Shown: positions 9,752 to 18,477 of the stretch, in pieces | Position numbering within the stretch: position 1 is the stretch's first letter | How the letters are laid out: each line of letters opens with the position of its first letter | Source of the DNA: an uncultured Eubacteriales bacterium | GTDB lineage: Bacteria; Bacillota; Clostridia; Lachnospirales; Bianqueaceae | Assembly: GCA_902783575.1 (NCBI GenBank) | Contig: CACZRP010000047.1 | Span: 40,783 to 104,782 of the forward strand | Length of the DNA: 64,000 bases | Direction: 5' to 3' | Notes under the pieces: generated by a model | Seen by the model: the letters and a program-made list of their open reading frames with translations, nothing else | The model's database searches: none | Told to the model about the DNA's origin: nothing | Translations under genes and position numbers: made by a program

Positions 9752-10420
9752 GTGATGAGTTTGAATCTGGATGAGTTAAAATTTGATGAAAAAGGCTTGA
9801 TTCCTGCCATTGTTCAGGATTATTATACGGGGAGGGTGCTGACCCTCGCCTATATGAACAAAGAAAGTCTTGAAATTACAATAAAGGAAGGAAGAACCTG
9901 CTTTTGGTCCCGCAGCCGCCAGGAGCTCTGGCGCAAAGGAGAAACCAGCGGCAATGTTCAGCATGTGGTCAGTCTGACTGCGGATTGCGACCATGACGCC
10001 ATCCTCGTCAAGGTGATTAAAGAAGGCCCGGCCTGTCATCTGGGAACCGATTCCTGCTTTGAAAACAAGCTGATGGATAAGGAAGAGCCTGTTTTTTCTC
10101 CTGAGGATCTGATGGATCTTCTCAAGAGCCGGAAGGCTCTGATGCCGGAGGGCTCCTACACCACTTATCTGTTCCAGAAGGGACTGGATAAGATTCTCAA
10201 AAAGGTGGGAGAGGAATCCACAGAGGTGATCATCGCCGCCAAATCGGAAGAAGGCAACGGCGAGCTGATCTATGAGCTGGCGGATCTCTATTATCATGCC
10301 CTGGTGCTGATGGTGGAGAAGGGCGTCACCCTGGACCAGGTGAGAAATGAACTGGCCTCACGGCATGTGATTGATCATAAAGTTAAGCAGGAGAAAATGA
10401 CTGCAAATGGCACTCATTGA
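9752..10420 (+). CDS. hisI: Bifunctional phosphoribosyl-AMP cyclohydrolase / phosphoribosyl-ATP pyrophosphatase
   Basis: 222 aa; N-terminal HisI ([29 protein letters not shown]) fused to C-terminal HisE ([32 protein letters not shown]); start may be ATG at 9755 instead of GTG at 9752. Confidence 0.93.
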   Translation: MMSLNLDELKFDEKGLIPAIVQDYYTGRVLTLAYMNKESLEITIKEGRTCFWSRSRQELWRKGETSGNVQHVVSLTADCDHDAILVKVIKEGPACHLGTDSCFENKLMDKEEPVFSPEDLMDLLKSRKALMPEGSYTTYLFQKGLDKILKKVGEESTEVIIAAKSEEGNGELIYELADLYYHALVLMVEKGVTLDQVRNELASRHVIDHKVKQEKMTANGTH

Positions 10421-10928
10421 TATTTTCAGACCGGATCAGTATGTTCCCACCGTTTATGATGTGGACTATCAGAAGCTCTGGGATCAGGGAATCCGGGGAC
10501 TGTTCTTCGATGTGGATAATACGCTGATTCCCTTCTATGAGGATCAGGTTCCCGCAAGGGCTGTCAAGCTCCTCACCGACCTTCGGAGAAAGGGATTTAA
10601 GGTGTTTATTCTCTCCAACGGCCGGTCTGAACGGGTGAAAAGCATCGGGCGGCAGGTGCAGCTGAAGGGACATGCCCGGTCCGGCAAGCCTCTTCGGTAC
10701 GGTGTCTGGATGCTTAACCGAAAGACCCGGCTGAAGGGAAAACAGATGGCGGTCATCGGAGATCAGGTTTTCATGGATGTATGGTGCGGACACCGGCTGA
10801 GAGGGCAGGGAATCCTGATTGAGCCCATTGACCGCGTCAGGGATGAAGCCTCTGTCAGCAAGCGAAGGCCAAAGGAAAAGGAAATCCTGAACCGCCTTGG
10901 CATCACTCTTTTCTGTGACAGAAGCTGA
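10407..10928 (+). CDS. YqeG-type HAD superfamily (subfamily IIIA) phosphatase
   Basis: 173 aa; HAD motifs [32 protein letters not shown]; overlaps the end of hisIE by 14 nt. Confidence 0.8.
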   Translation: MALIDIFRPDQYVPTVYDVDYQKLWDQGIRGLFFDVDNTLIPFYEDQVPARAVKLLTDLRRKGFKVFILSNGRSERVKSIGRQVQLKGHARSGKPLRYGVWMLNRKTRLKGKQMAVIGDQVFMDVWCGHRLRGQGILIEPIDRVRDEASVSKRRPKEKEILNRLGITLFCDRS

Positions 10929-10965
10929 GGGTGCATTCATTCTTTGCAAGATCAGAAAAAAACAG

Positions 10966-10994
10966 TTGAAAAGTCATGCAAAATCAGGTAAAAT
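10966..10994 (+). promoter_or_regulatory. Candidate sigma-A promoter of efp
   Basis: TTGAAA (10966-10971), 17-nt spacer, TAAAAT (10989-10994). Confidence 0.5.
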
Positions 10995-11048
10995 ATATCA
11001 GTATTTTGTATGCAAACAAAAGACCTGTTTAATTTGGAGGAAATAACT

Positions 11049-11618
11049 ATGGCAGACGTTCTCAGCGCTGGTGAATTCAGAAATGGCGTGACGATCCAGT
11101 ACAATAACAACATCTATACGATCATCGAGTTCCAGCATGTAAAACCCGGTAAAGGTGCTGCTTTCGTTCGTACCAAACTGAAAAATGTCATCGACGGCGG
11201 TGTCATTGAGCAGTCTTTCCGTCCCACCGAAAAGTTCGATCGCGCTATTATCGAACGCAAGGATATGGAATATCTTTACAACGATGGAGAGCTTTACTAC
11301 TTCATGGATCCCGAATCCTACGAGCAGATGCCCATCGGTAAGGATCAGATCGGCGACTCTCTGAAATTCGTCAAGGAGAACGAGAGTGTCAAGATCCTTT
11401 CCCATGACGGCAATGTTTTCGGTATTGAGCCTCCCATGTTTGTGGAGCTGGAAGTTGTTCATACCGAGCCCGGCGTACGCGGCGATACAGCTACCAACGT
11501 GCTGAAGCCCGCCGAGGTGGAGACCGGTGCTGTGGTTCAGGTTCCCCTGTTCATCGACAACGGCAGCCGTATCAAAATTGATACCCGTACCGGAGAATAT
11601 CTGGGCAGAGCCAACTAA
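11049..11618 (+). CDS. efp: Translation elongation factor P
   Basis: ORF track starts at 11010; ATG at 11049 follows GGAGG; [13 protein letters not shown]..., modified-lysine loop [16 protein letters not shown]. Confidence 0.93.
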   Translation: MADVLSAGEFRNGVTIQYNNNIYTIIEFQHVKPGKGAAFVRTKLKNVIDGGVIEQSFRPTEKFDRAIIERKDMEYLYNDGELYYFMDPESYEQMPIGKDQIGDSLKFVKENESVKILSHDGNVFGIEPPMFVELEVVHTEPGVRGDTATNVLKPAEVETGAVVQVPLFIDNGSRIKIDTRTGEYLGRAN

Positions 11619-11640
11619 TCAGTTTAACCATTCAATTGCA

Positions 11641-11675
11641 CAGAGACCCATCCCAATGATGGGTCTCTGTCTTCA
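11641..11675 (+). terminator. Intrinsic terminator after efp (weak U tract)
   Basis: 12-bp perfect stem CAGAGACCCATC / GATGGGTCTCTG (11641-11652 / 11658-11669), 5-nt loop, followed by TCTTC. Confidence 0.5.
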
Positions 11676-11708
11676 TGTAAGAATCTTTCTTCTTTTGGAG
11701 GTTATCCC

Positions 11709-13250
11709 ATGCGCAGAAGCGGTATTCTTATGCCAGTTTTCTCTCTGGCATCACCCTATGGAATCGGTGACTTCGGTTCCGCAGCCTATCAATTTGTCGA
11801 TTTCCTGAAAAAGGCCGGTCAGAGCCTGTGGCAGATTCTGCCGCTGAATCCCACCAACTACGGGGATTCCCCTTATCAGTCTTTTTCAACCTTCGCGGGC
11901 AACCCCTATTTTATCAGCCCTGAAACTCTGATCAAAGAGGGTCTGCTGGAGGAGTGGGAGGTAAAGAGCTTCGATTTCGGCTCGGATCCTACTCATGTGG
12001 ATTACGGCAAGCTGTATGAGAACCGGCTGAAAATGCTGGAGAAAGCCTACCGCCGTTTTACTCCCGATGAAGAATATGAAGCCTTTGTCCAGGAGGAAGG
12101 CTGGTGGCTGGAGGAGTTCTGCCTGTTCATGAGCCTGAAGAATGCCCATCAGGACCGGGCCTGGTCCGACTGGGATGAGGACCTGAAGCTTCACGAGGCA
12201 GGGGCTGTAGCAAAGGCCAGGGAAGAACTTGCCGACAGAATCGGTTTCTACCGTTTCCTGCAGTATGAGTTCTCCCGTCAGTGGAACAAGCTGAAGACCT
12301 ATGCCAATGAGCAGGGAATTCAGATTGTGGGCGATATTCCTATCTATGTGGCCTACGACAGCGCGGATGTCTGGGCCGGTTCCGAAATGTTCGAGCTGGA
12401 TGAGGAAAGGAATCCCATCAATGTGGCCGGCTGCCCTCCGGATGCTTTTTCCGCCGATGGACAGCTCTGGGGAAATCCTCTGTACCGCTGGGATCTGATG
12501 GCGAAGGAGCAGGATCCCTATCACTGGTGGAAGAAGAGAATCGCTTATTCCCTGAAGCTCTATGATATCGTTCGGATTGACCATTTCCGGGGATTTGAGG
12601 CCTTTTATTCCATTCCCTTCGGCGATGAGAACGCCAAGGGAGGAAAATGGGTCAAGGGTCCCGGCATGAACCTGTTTAATGAGATCCGGAAGGCTCTGGG
12701 CGAGGATCTTCCCATTATTGCGGAGGATCTGGGCTATCTGACGCCTGAGGTTCACCAGCTGCTGAGGGATACCGGCTTCCCCGGCATGAAGGTGCTGCAG
12801 TTCGCCTTCGATCCCAACGGCGACAATGAGTATCTTCCCCACAATCTGGTGAAGAACAGCGTTGTCTATACGGGCACCCATGATAATGATACCATCATGG
12901 GATGGATGAAATCCGCTTCCAGCGGCGAGGTGGAGTATGCCAAGGCCTATCTCCATATCAATCAGGATGAGGGCTTCAACTGGACCATGATGCGGGCCGC
13001 CATGGCTTCCGTCTGTGATACATGCATCCTGATGATGCAGGATTTCCTGGGTCTTGGAAATGAAGCCAGAATCAATATGCCTTCAACCCTGGGCGGCAAC
13101 TGGCAGTGGAGGATCACCGACGGCTGCGTCAATGACTGGCTGGCAGGAATCATCGAGGAAAACACCAGACTGTACCGCCGTCTGCCGGAAAAGAAACCCG
13201 AAGCTTCCGCAGAAACTGAAGAAGCCGAAGAGAGCAGCGAAGAGAACTGA
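11709..13250 (+). CDS. malQ: 4-alpha-glucanotransferase (amylomaltase, GH77)
   Basis: 513 aa; GILMPVFSL..GIGDFG, SPYQSFS, VRIDHFRGF, GDIPIYV, IAEDLG, TGTHDNDT; acidic C-terminal tail. Confidence 0.93.
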   Translation: MRRSGILMPVFSLASPYGIGDFGSAAYQFVDFLKKAGQSLWQILPLNPTNYGDSPYQSFSTFAGNPYFISPETLIKEGLLEEWEVKSFDFGSDPTHVDYGKLYENRLKMLEKAYRRFTPDEEYEAFVQEEGWWLEEFCLFMSLKNAHQDRAWSDWDEDLKLHEAGAVAKAREELADRIGFYRFLQYEFSRQWNKLKTYANEQGIQIVGDIPIYVAYDSADVWAGSEMFELDEERNPINVAGCPPDAFSADGQLWGNPLYRWDLMAKEQDPYHWWKKRIAYSLKLYDIVRIDHFRGFEAFYSIPFGDENAKGGKWVKGPGMNLFNEIRKALGEDLPIIAEDLGYLTPEVHQLLRDTGFPGMKVLQFAFDPNGDNEYLPHNLVKNSVVYTGTHDNDTIMGWMKSASSGEVEYAKAYLHINQDEGFNWTMMRAAMASVCDTCILMMQDFLGLGNEARINMPSTLGGNWQWRITDGCVNDWLAGIIEENTRLYRRLPEKKPEASAETEEAEESSEEN

Positions 13251-13275
13251 TGGACGGACCAGCTGATATTTCAGC

Positions 13276-13309
13276 TGAAAAAAGGCCAGCTGAAACATCA
13301 GCTGGCCTT
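13276..13309 (-). terminator. Intrinsic terminator downstream of tRNA-Thr
   Basis: 11-bp stem AAGGCCAGCTG / CAGCTGGCCTT (13282-13292 / 13299-13309), 6-nt loop; on the minus strand the stem is followed by a run of six T. Confidence 0.7.
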
Positions 13310-13320
13310 GCAATAAAAAA

Positions 13321-13393
13321 AGCTTCCAATCGGATTCGAACCGATGACCTACGCATTACGAGTGCGTCGCTCTACCGACTGAGCCATGGAAGC
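13321..13393 (-). tRNA. tRNA-Thr (anticodon CGU)
   Basis: Hand-folded 73-nt cloverleaf: acceptor GCTTCCA/TGGAAGC, D stem GCTC/GAGC, anticodon stem ACGCA/TGCGT with loop CTCGTAA, T stem ATCGG/CCGAT with loop TTCGAAT; CCA not encoded. Confidence 0.93.
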
Positions 13394-13405
13394 AATTGCC
13401 TAATT

Positions 13406-13434
13406 ACTATATTACATTTTAAATAAAAAGTCAA
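13406..13434 (-). promoter_or_regulatory. Candidate sigma-A promoter of tRNA-Thr
   Basis: Minus strand TTGACT (13434-13429), 17-nt spacer, TATAGT (13411-13406), about 12 nt upstream of the mature tRNA 5' end. Confidence 0.6.
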
Positions 13435-13456
13435 GCCATTTTAGCAAGGAGACAGT

Positions 13457-14695
13457 GTGAGTCAAAAAGAGCATCTCAATATTCTTGTAGGCCAGTCCGG
13501 AGGCCCGACAGCTGTCATCAACAGTACCCTTTACGGGGTTATCATAGCCAGGAAGCGCTATCCTCAGATCACCGGCATTTACGGTATGATCAACGGGCTG
13601 AAGGGTTATCTGGAAAAGCCCGCCATGGATCTTCTGACCCTGGGTTATAGGGAGCTGGAGCTTCTGAAAACCACTCCCGGCGCCTATCTGGGTTCCTGCC
13701 GCTACAAACTGCCGGAGGATCTGTCAGACCCTGTATATGCAAAGATTTTCAGCCGGCTGGAAAAGGATCAGATCGATATCTTTCTTTATATCGGAGGCAA
13801 TGACTCCATGGATACCGTGGACAGGCTGTCCCGGTATGGAGAGATGAATGGTTCACCGATCCGGTTTATCGGCATTCCCAAAACCATTGACAACGACCTG
13901 ATGAATACAGATCATACGCCGGGATACGGCAGCGCTGCCAAATATGTGGCGAATACCGTGCGCCAGATCGTCATGGATGCGGATGTCTACGATCTCAGTG
14001 CTGTGACCGTGATTGAGATCATGGGACGCAACGCAGGCTGGCTGACCGCCGCTGCCAAAGCCTCCCGGAAATATCACGGGGATAATCCGCTGCTGATCTA
14101 CCTTCCGGAAGTGGATTTCGATATGGAGGATATGCTTCGGCGAGTCCGGGATCTTCTAAAAACCCATTCCGCTGTGGTGATCTGTATCTCCGAGGGCATC
14201 CACGATGCCGACGGTACGCTGATCTGCGAATACGGCCATTCTTCTCAGATGGATGTTTTCGGTCACAAGCTGCTGGCCGGCGCAGGAAAAACCCTGGAGA
14301 ACATTATCCGAGACAGGATCGGCGTCAAGGTGAGATCCGTGGAGCTGAATGTAGCTCAGCGCTGCAGCGCTCTGGAAGCCTCCTTCACCGATGTGACGGA
14401 AGCCGCTGCCTGCGGGGTCAAGGGCGTGGCCCTGGCCATCGAAGGCCAGTCGGGAATGATGGTTACCATGCACCGGGACACGGAAGAACTGATTTATTCC
14501 ATTGATTACAGAGGAACCAGAGTGGATCAGGTTTCCAATGCGGTCAAAGCCTTTCCAAAGGAATGGATCACCGGAGAGGGAACGGATATTGCTGATGAAT
14601 TCCTTCCCTATCTGATTCCCCTGATCCAGGGCGAGTCCTATCCGCCAATGGAAGACGGACTGCCCCGGTTCCTTTACCGTAAACAGTCCGTCTAA
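13457..14695 (+). CDS. pfp: 6-phosphofructokinase family enzyme with PPi-type signature residues (probable diphosphate--fructose-6-phosphate 1-phosphotransferase)
   Basis: 412 aa, GTG start after AAGGAG; GQSGGPTAVINS, IGGNDSMD (Asp at the GGDG fourth position), IGIPKTIDNDL (Lys instead of Gly). Confidence 0.8.
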   Translation: MSQKEHLNILVGQSGGPTAVINSTLYGVIIARKRYPQITGIYGMINGLKGYLEKPAMDLLTLGYRELELLKTTPGAYLGSCRYKLPEDLSDPVYAKIFSRLEKDQIDIFLYIGGNDSMDTVDRLSRYGEMNGSPIRFIGIPKTIDNDLMNTDHTPGYGSAAKYVANTVRQIVMDADVYDLSAVTVIEIMGRNAGWLTAAAKASRKYHGDNPLLIYLPEVDFDMEDMLRRVRDLLKTHSAVVICISEGIHDADGTLICEYGHSSQMDVFGHKLLAGAGKTLENIIRDRIGVKVRSVELNVAQRCSALEASFTDVTEAAACGVKGVALAIEGQSGMMVTMHRDTEELIYSIDYRGTRVDQVSNAVKAFPKEWITGEGTDIADEFLPYLIPLIQGESYPPMEDGLPRFLYRKQSV

Positions 14696-14736
14696 GAAAT
14701 CGTATTATGTTTTGGCGCTGAGACAGCCGGAAGCAA

Positions 14737-15786
14737 TCACGCATCATAAAACTCGGCCATGGCCGCGTTTTGAATCAGATGGCGCAGCCTGGTGAGTTTG
14801 CCGTTGTTTCTGGTGGGATGTACGCGGTTGGTCAGGAAGACCACGTAGAGTCCGGTTTCGGGATCCACCGCCAGAGAGGTTCCCGTGAAGCCGGTATGTC
14901 CCAGACCTGTATCACCAAACAAATCCCCGAAGAAAGTGGGTTCCGGTCCGCTGAGCTGGAATCCCAGCCCCCGGTTTTCATCCATTCCGGGGGTATAATT
15001 TTGTCTGGCCACATCAAACAGACGACGGGTAATGAGGGGAGAGCCCTGGGAAGAAAGCATATTGGCAAAGCGGATCATGTCATTCAGGGAGGAGAAGACG
15101 CCGGCGTTGCCGCTGATGCCTCCGAGGAAACGGGCGTTTTCATCGTGAACAATGCCGGGAGGCGTAGGCCCGTTCAGAGACATGGTTTCCGTATAGGCAG
15201 CTTCGGGATCCGGATCGCAGGTATCCGTGGGACGGTATCCTGTCCGGGTCATTCCCAGAGGTTTAAAGGTCCATTCCCTGGCCAGCTGATCCAGGTTTTT
15301 GCCTGTGATTTTCTCCATGATTTTTCCCAGAAGGATATATCCCATGCAGCTGTAGGTCACATCTTTTCCAGTCTCGTAAACCAGAGGCGCATGGAGGATC
15401 CGCCCCAGGGCTTCCGAAGGATCCTTGCATTCCTTCCACAGCAGGATTTCCGCGGGAAGGCCGCTGGTATGCGTCATCAGGTGCTTAACGGTAATCTGTT
15501 TTTTGTCTTCCGGCACATCGGGAAAGAAATCCGAGAGGGAATCCAGCAGGGACAGAGTCCCGTCCTCAATCATATGGAAGGCCGAGAAGGTGGTGGAGAG
15601 GATTTTGGTAAGGCTGGCCATATCGAAGAGCGTATCCTCCGTGACAGGGGCAGCTCCTTCCTCGAAGGATACAAAGCCGCCGGCCTCCTTGTAGAGAATC
15701 CGGTCCTTCTTTCCGACGGCGATGGCGCCGGCGCTGTAAACTCTGTCAGAAAACCCTTCCTTGAAAAGTCTTTGTGTCTGATTCAT
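14737..15786 (-). CDS. Serine hydrolase, beta-lactamase (class C)/PBP4*-like fold, no signal peptide
   Basis: 349 aa; S-x-x-K motif MASLTKIL, later HTGFTGTS (KTG-like box); N-terminus MNQTQRLFKEGFSDR is not hydrophobic; 14-nt gap after anmK. Confidence 0.8.
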   Translation of the reverse strand: MNQTQRLFKEGFSDRVYSAGAIAVGKKDRILYKEAGGFVSFEEGAAPVTEDTLFDMASLTKILSTTFSAFHMIEDGTLSLLDSLSDFFPDVPEDKKQITVKHLMTHTSGLPAEILLWKECKDPSEALGRILHAPLVYETGKDVTYSCMGYILLGKIMEKITGKNLDQLAREWTFKPLGMTRTGYRPTDTCDPDPEAAYTETMSLNGPTPPGIVHDENARFLGGISGNAGVFSSLNDMIRFANMLSSQGSPLITRRLFDVARQNYTPGMDENRGLGFQLSGPEPTFFGDLFGDTGLGHTGFTGTSLAVDPETGLYVVFLTNRVHPTRNNGKLTRLRHLIQNAAMAEFYDA

Positions 15787-15800
15787 AGGGATACCTCTTG

Positions 15801-16979
15801 TTATTGGGAAATCTTGCCCATAATTACCGGATGGTCAGCGCCGGTGGCAGCCGGAGCGTTGTTGCAGATTCCATGGATGGTTTCATTGGCCAGAAGGGCA
15901 AAGGCAACGGCCTCCTTGGCGCTGCTGTCAAAGCCCAGATCTTCATTTGTCAGAACCTGAAGCTCAGGCAGCTGCAGCCGGATATCCTGCATCAGGGTCG
16001 GGTTCAGGCTTCCGCCGCCGCCTACCACCAGCCGTTCGGGCTTCACAGGGCAGAGATGATGGATGGATTCGGCGATACAGGAAGCGGTGAACATGGTGGC
16101 TGTAGCAAGAATATCTTCACCGGGAAGCTTCAGCTCTTCAGCCATCCGGAACAGCCTCTGTACATATTCTTCGCCATAGTATTCCCGTCCTGTGGTTTTG
16201 GGAGGTTTCACCTTCAGATAGGGATCCTTCATCAGCTCCTTCAGCAGGGGTTCACTGACCTTGCCGGAGGCTGCGATTCTGCCTCCATCGTCAAACCGCA
16301 GTTTTCCCTGGGTGATGCGGGAAACTACAGCGTCCATCACCATATTGCCGGGACCGGTGTCAAAGGCGGTGAGGTCGCTCAGCGCGCCGCCGGCCGGAAG
16401 AATGGTGATATTGCCGATGCCTCCGATGTTCTGCAGTCCCACATTTCGGTGGGGATCCCCATACAGAATATATTCCGTATAGGGCACCAGGGGAGCGCCC
16501 AGACCGCCGGCGGCCATATCCCGGACTCTGAAATCCGACACGGTAACAGCGCCGATTTTCTCGCACAGCAGTGAAGGGTCTCCGATCTGCAGGGTAGCAC
16601 GGATCGGCTTTCCAAGATACATTTCAGCCTCGGGAATATGATAAACGGTCTGGCCGTGGGTTCCTATCAGATCGATATCAGAGACATCCACACCTGCCTT
16701 TTCGCAAAGCTCCAGACAGGCATCCACAAATAGCTCGGAGAGATAGAAATTCAGCAGGCACAATTCTTTCGCGCCGCCGAAGTCTCCCTTGGCTACCCGG
16801 ATAATGCGGTCATGGACCTCTGCCGGATAGGCGGGAGAGACAAAGGCCAGCTGCCGGATGGTGGTGGAGAGACCGTGACCCTGGATACGGACAAGAACAG
16901 CGTCAACACCGTCAGCCGATGTTCCGCTCATCAGGCCGATCACCAGTTTATCGTTTTTTTGCATCAGATCAGAAAGCAT
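15801..16979 (-). CDS. anmK: Anhydro-N-acetylmuramic acid kinase
   Basis: 392 aa; N-terminal GLMSGTSADGVDA, later DTGPGNM, both typical of AnmK. Confidence 0.9.
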   Translation of the reverse strand: MLSDLMQKNDKLVIGLMSGTSADGVDAVLVRIQGHGLSTTIRQLAFVSPAYPAEVHDRIIRVAKGDFGGAKELCLLNFYLSELFVDACLELCEKAGVDVSDIDLIGTHGQTVYHIPEAEMYLGKPIRATLQIGDPSLLCEKIGAVTVSDFRVRDMAAGGLGAPLVPYTEYILYGDPHRNVGLQNIGGIGNITILPAGGALSDLTAFDTGPGNMVMDAVVSRITQGKLRFDDGGRIAASGKVSEPLLKELMKDPYLKVKPPKTTGREYYGEEYVQRLFRMAEELKLPGEDILATATMFTASCIAESIHHLCPVKPERLVVGGGGSLNPTLMQDIRLQLPELQVLTNEDLGFDSSAKEAVAFALLANETIHGICNNAPAATGADHPVIMGKISQ

Positions 16980-17050
16980 AAGTTGACCTCCTGAAAGTTT
17001 TGATATATACTAAACTACTAACCCATCATTTGTCAAGGAAAGGATATGGA

Positions 17051-18034
17051 ATGGTACCTATTGCCGATTACCGGATCAGGCAGGCGCTGAATCTTTACAA
17101 TCAGGCCATCGCCGATCATGATACGGATTATCTTGTTTTATCCGAAGAGCAGTTTGTGCGGCTGTTTCTGACCCCGGTCAAAGAAAAGGATCAGGTCTTC
17201 TCCTGCTGCTGTGAAGACGGCAGCGGCTTTATTGTGGGCCATTTTGATCATGTAATCGAACGTTTTTTCCTGACGATGATTGCTGTGGCTCCCGAAAAAC
17301 GCCGTCAGGGCATCGGAAGCCGCCTGGTGGAAGCACTGCAGCAGGAGATGGATCTGTATGCTGAAAAGAATCTTCTTCCGCCGCCGGCCCTGGAGATCTC
17401 CTTTTACAACCCGGTGAACATCCGCTGGGTAATCCCCGGAACGGACCATCATACCCATCAGAACTCCCAGGGAGTGCCCCTGGGCTCCGGGGCTCATCTG
17501 TTTTTCAAGAATCTGGGATTCAGGGACTTTGCCTGCCAGAATACCTATCATATGGATATTCCTTCCTATCAGTGGCCCACGAAGAAGCTGGCTCCTTATG
17601 AAAAAAGGCTTTCAGATGCGGGACTTTCCGTAGACTTCTTTGATGGAAACCGGCATCACGGCATGCAGGATGTGGTGGATGATCTGAATAATGCCATCTG
17701 GAACTGGCAGATCCCCGAAGAAATGAACAGACCCTCCGGACCCAGACCCATGCTGATCGTCAATGACCATGGTCAGTGCGGAGGCTTTGCGGGTCCCATT
17801 GTGGTGGAGCCCGATGGCCGGTGCTGGATTCTCGGGGTGGCTGTCCATTCCCGTTACCGGGGGCATGGGGCGGCAACCATTCTGTTTAACCGCATGTGTC
17901 AGGCCTTTAAGGAAGCAGGAGCGAAATATCTGACACTTTTCACCGATGAGAAGAATCCAGCAAGAAATATTTATGAGAGCGCCGGAATGAAAATTGTTTA
18001 TTCCTGGGCGGATATGAGGCGTGTACATCCATGA
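17051..18034 (+). CDS. GNAT family N-acetyltransferase with two GNAT-like halves
   Basis: ORF opens at 17000 (TTG); first ATG at 17051. Two acetyl-CoA loops: RRQGIGSRLVEAL and YRGHGAATILFNRM; 4-nt overlap with mrnC. Confidence 0.75.
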   Translation: MVPIADYRIRQALNLYNQAIADHDTDYLVLSEEQFVRLFLTPVKEKDQVFSCCCEDGSGFIVGHFDHVIERFFLTMIAVAPEKRRQGIGSRLVEALQQEMDLYAEKNLLPPPALEISFYNPVNIRWVIPGTDHHTHQNSQGVPLGSGAHLFFKNLGFRDFACQNTYHMDIPSYQWPTKKLAPYEKRLSDAGLSVDFFDGNRHHGMQDVVDDLNNAIWNWQIPEEMNRPSGPRPMLIVNDHGQCGGFAGPIVVEPDGRCWILGVAVHSRYRGHGAATILFNRMCQAFKEAGAKYLTLFTDEKNPARNIYESAGMKIVYSWADMRRVHP

Positions 18035-18477
18035 ACTTTACCGAAGAACTGCGCAGACAATGGACAGAGTCAGGCAAGAGCCTGAATCCTGAGGACATCC
18101 GTCCCCTGGTCCTGGCTTATCTGGGAGATACGATTTTCGATCTGTATATCCGCTCCCGGCTGGTGATGACCACCCATCTGCACCCGAAGGAAATGCACGT
18201 GTCCGCTTCCGGGCATGTCAATGCCCAGTCTCAGGCCCGTATGGTCAAGCTGATCCTGCCCCTGCTGACGGACAAGGAAACCCAGGTTTTTAAGCATGCC
18301 CGCAACCAGCGGCCCCAGACGCTCCCCAAAAACATGTCTCCCGTGGATTATAAGCTGGCCACCGGACTGGAGGCTCTGCTGGGATATCTGTTTGTCACCG
18401 GCCAGGATGACCGACTGATGGAGCTGCTGAACCAGGCCTACAGTCGTTTTCACGGAAAGGAAATCAGCAATGAGTGA
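18031..18477 (+). CDS. mrnC: Mini-ribonuclease 3
   Basis: 148 aa; RNase III signature LAYLGDTIFDLYIR, ATGLEALLGYL; followed by rlmB and sigH, as around yazC in Bacillus. Confidence 0.88.
   Translation: MNFTEELRRQWTESGKSLNPEDIRPLVLAYLGDTIFDLYIRSRLVMTTHLHPKEMHVSASGHVNAQSQARMVKLILPLLTDKETQVFKHARNQRPQTLPKNMSPVDYKLATGLEALLGYLFVTGQDDRLMELLNQAYSRFHGKEISNE

Noticed and set aside
13250-13456. tRNA-Thr locus as an integration hotspot.
   Set aside because: Both flanks are ordinary metabolic genes (malQ, pfp). I saw no integrase and no duplicated tRNA 3' end.
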